NCBI GenBank assembly: GCA_963845065.1
Contig: CAWJQQ010000007.1
Span: 1 to 64,000 of the forward strand
Direction: 5' to 3'
DNA: 64,000 nt
DNA from: Nitrospirota bacterium
GTDB taxonomy: Bacteria > Nitrospirota > UBA9217
Shown here: positions 63,843 through 64,000 of the stretch, piece by piece
Layout of the letters: each line of letters begins with the position of its first letter
How positions within the stretch are numbered: position 1 is the stretch's first letter
Translations under genes and position numbers: made by a program
Notes under the pieces: generated by a model
Seen by the model: the letters and a program-made list of their open reading frames with translations, nothing else
Database searches by the model: none
Told to the model about the DNA's origin: nothing

Positions 63843-64000
63843 TTAAACAACTTTCTGGTGTTCAATATATTGTTTGATAACTGCCAACGGCGCCCCACCA
63901 ACGGTAGAAACAAAGTAGCTGTTGGTCCAAAGTGTTGGAATCCGGGTCCGGAGAACCTTGAATTCTGAACGAAGCAGTTTGGAGCTTCTGCCCTTTATCT
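63843..64000 (-). CDS. tnpA: IS200-type Y1 transposase TnpA, C-terminal part
   Basis: Manual translation IKGRSSKLLRSEF..LWTNSYFVSTVGGAPLAVIKQYIEHQK. Confidence 0.88.
   Translation of the reverse strand, partial: IKGRSSKLLRSEFKVLRTRIPTLWTNSYFVSTVGGAPLAVIKQYIEHQKVV

Larger units (their letters stand above)
62399..64000 (-). mobile_element. IS605-type element (tnpA + tnpB); runs off the window
   Basis: Right-end hairpin ending GGGGAGGTTCA at 62399; tnpB and tnpA fragments in the expected order. Confidence 0.85.

Overview
Bacterial chromosome segment; the gene set suggests an anaerobic Nitrospirota- or Deltaproteobacteria-like organism (inference). Bases 1-22,950 are the right part of an accessory island that ends in a 3' fragment of tRNA-Gly(GCC) next to an intact tRNA-Cys. 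The island holds four elements, each encoding a tyrosine recombinase plus an IS91-like HUH/Y2 protein; one is nested in another and two appear identical. Their ends are built like integron attC sites, with covarying R''/R' boxes, an internal hairpin and junctions at A^TT. The island also carries a true attC gene cassette (epoxide hydrolase) with no intI in the window, an IS4, an interrupted IS110, and a decayed toxin-antitoxin array punctuated by repeated copies of what looks like the 3' end of an HU gene. Bases 23,000-64,000 are mostly core genes: dnaE, two FBP aldolases, an mltD-like gene, ridA, relA/spoT, recJ, mobA, clpS, a radical SAM gene, plant-like thrC-metB, a NikR-regulated Ni/Co ECF transporter, fdhD and glgP. 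Several broken IS200/IS605 (TnpB) elements are scattered through this part. All functional calls come from motif recognition by eye; no database searches were run.
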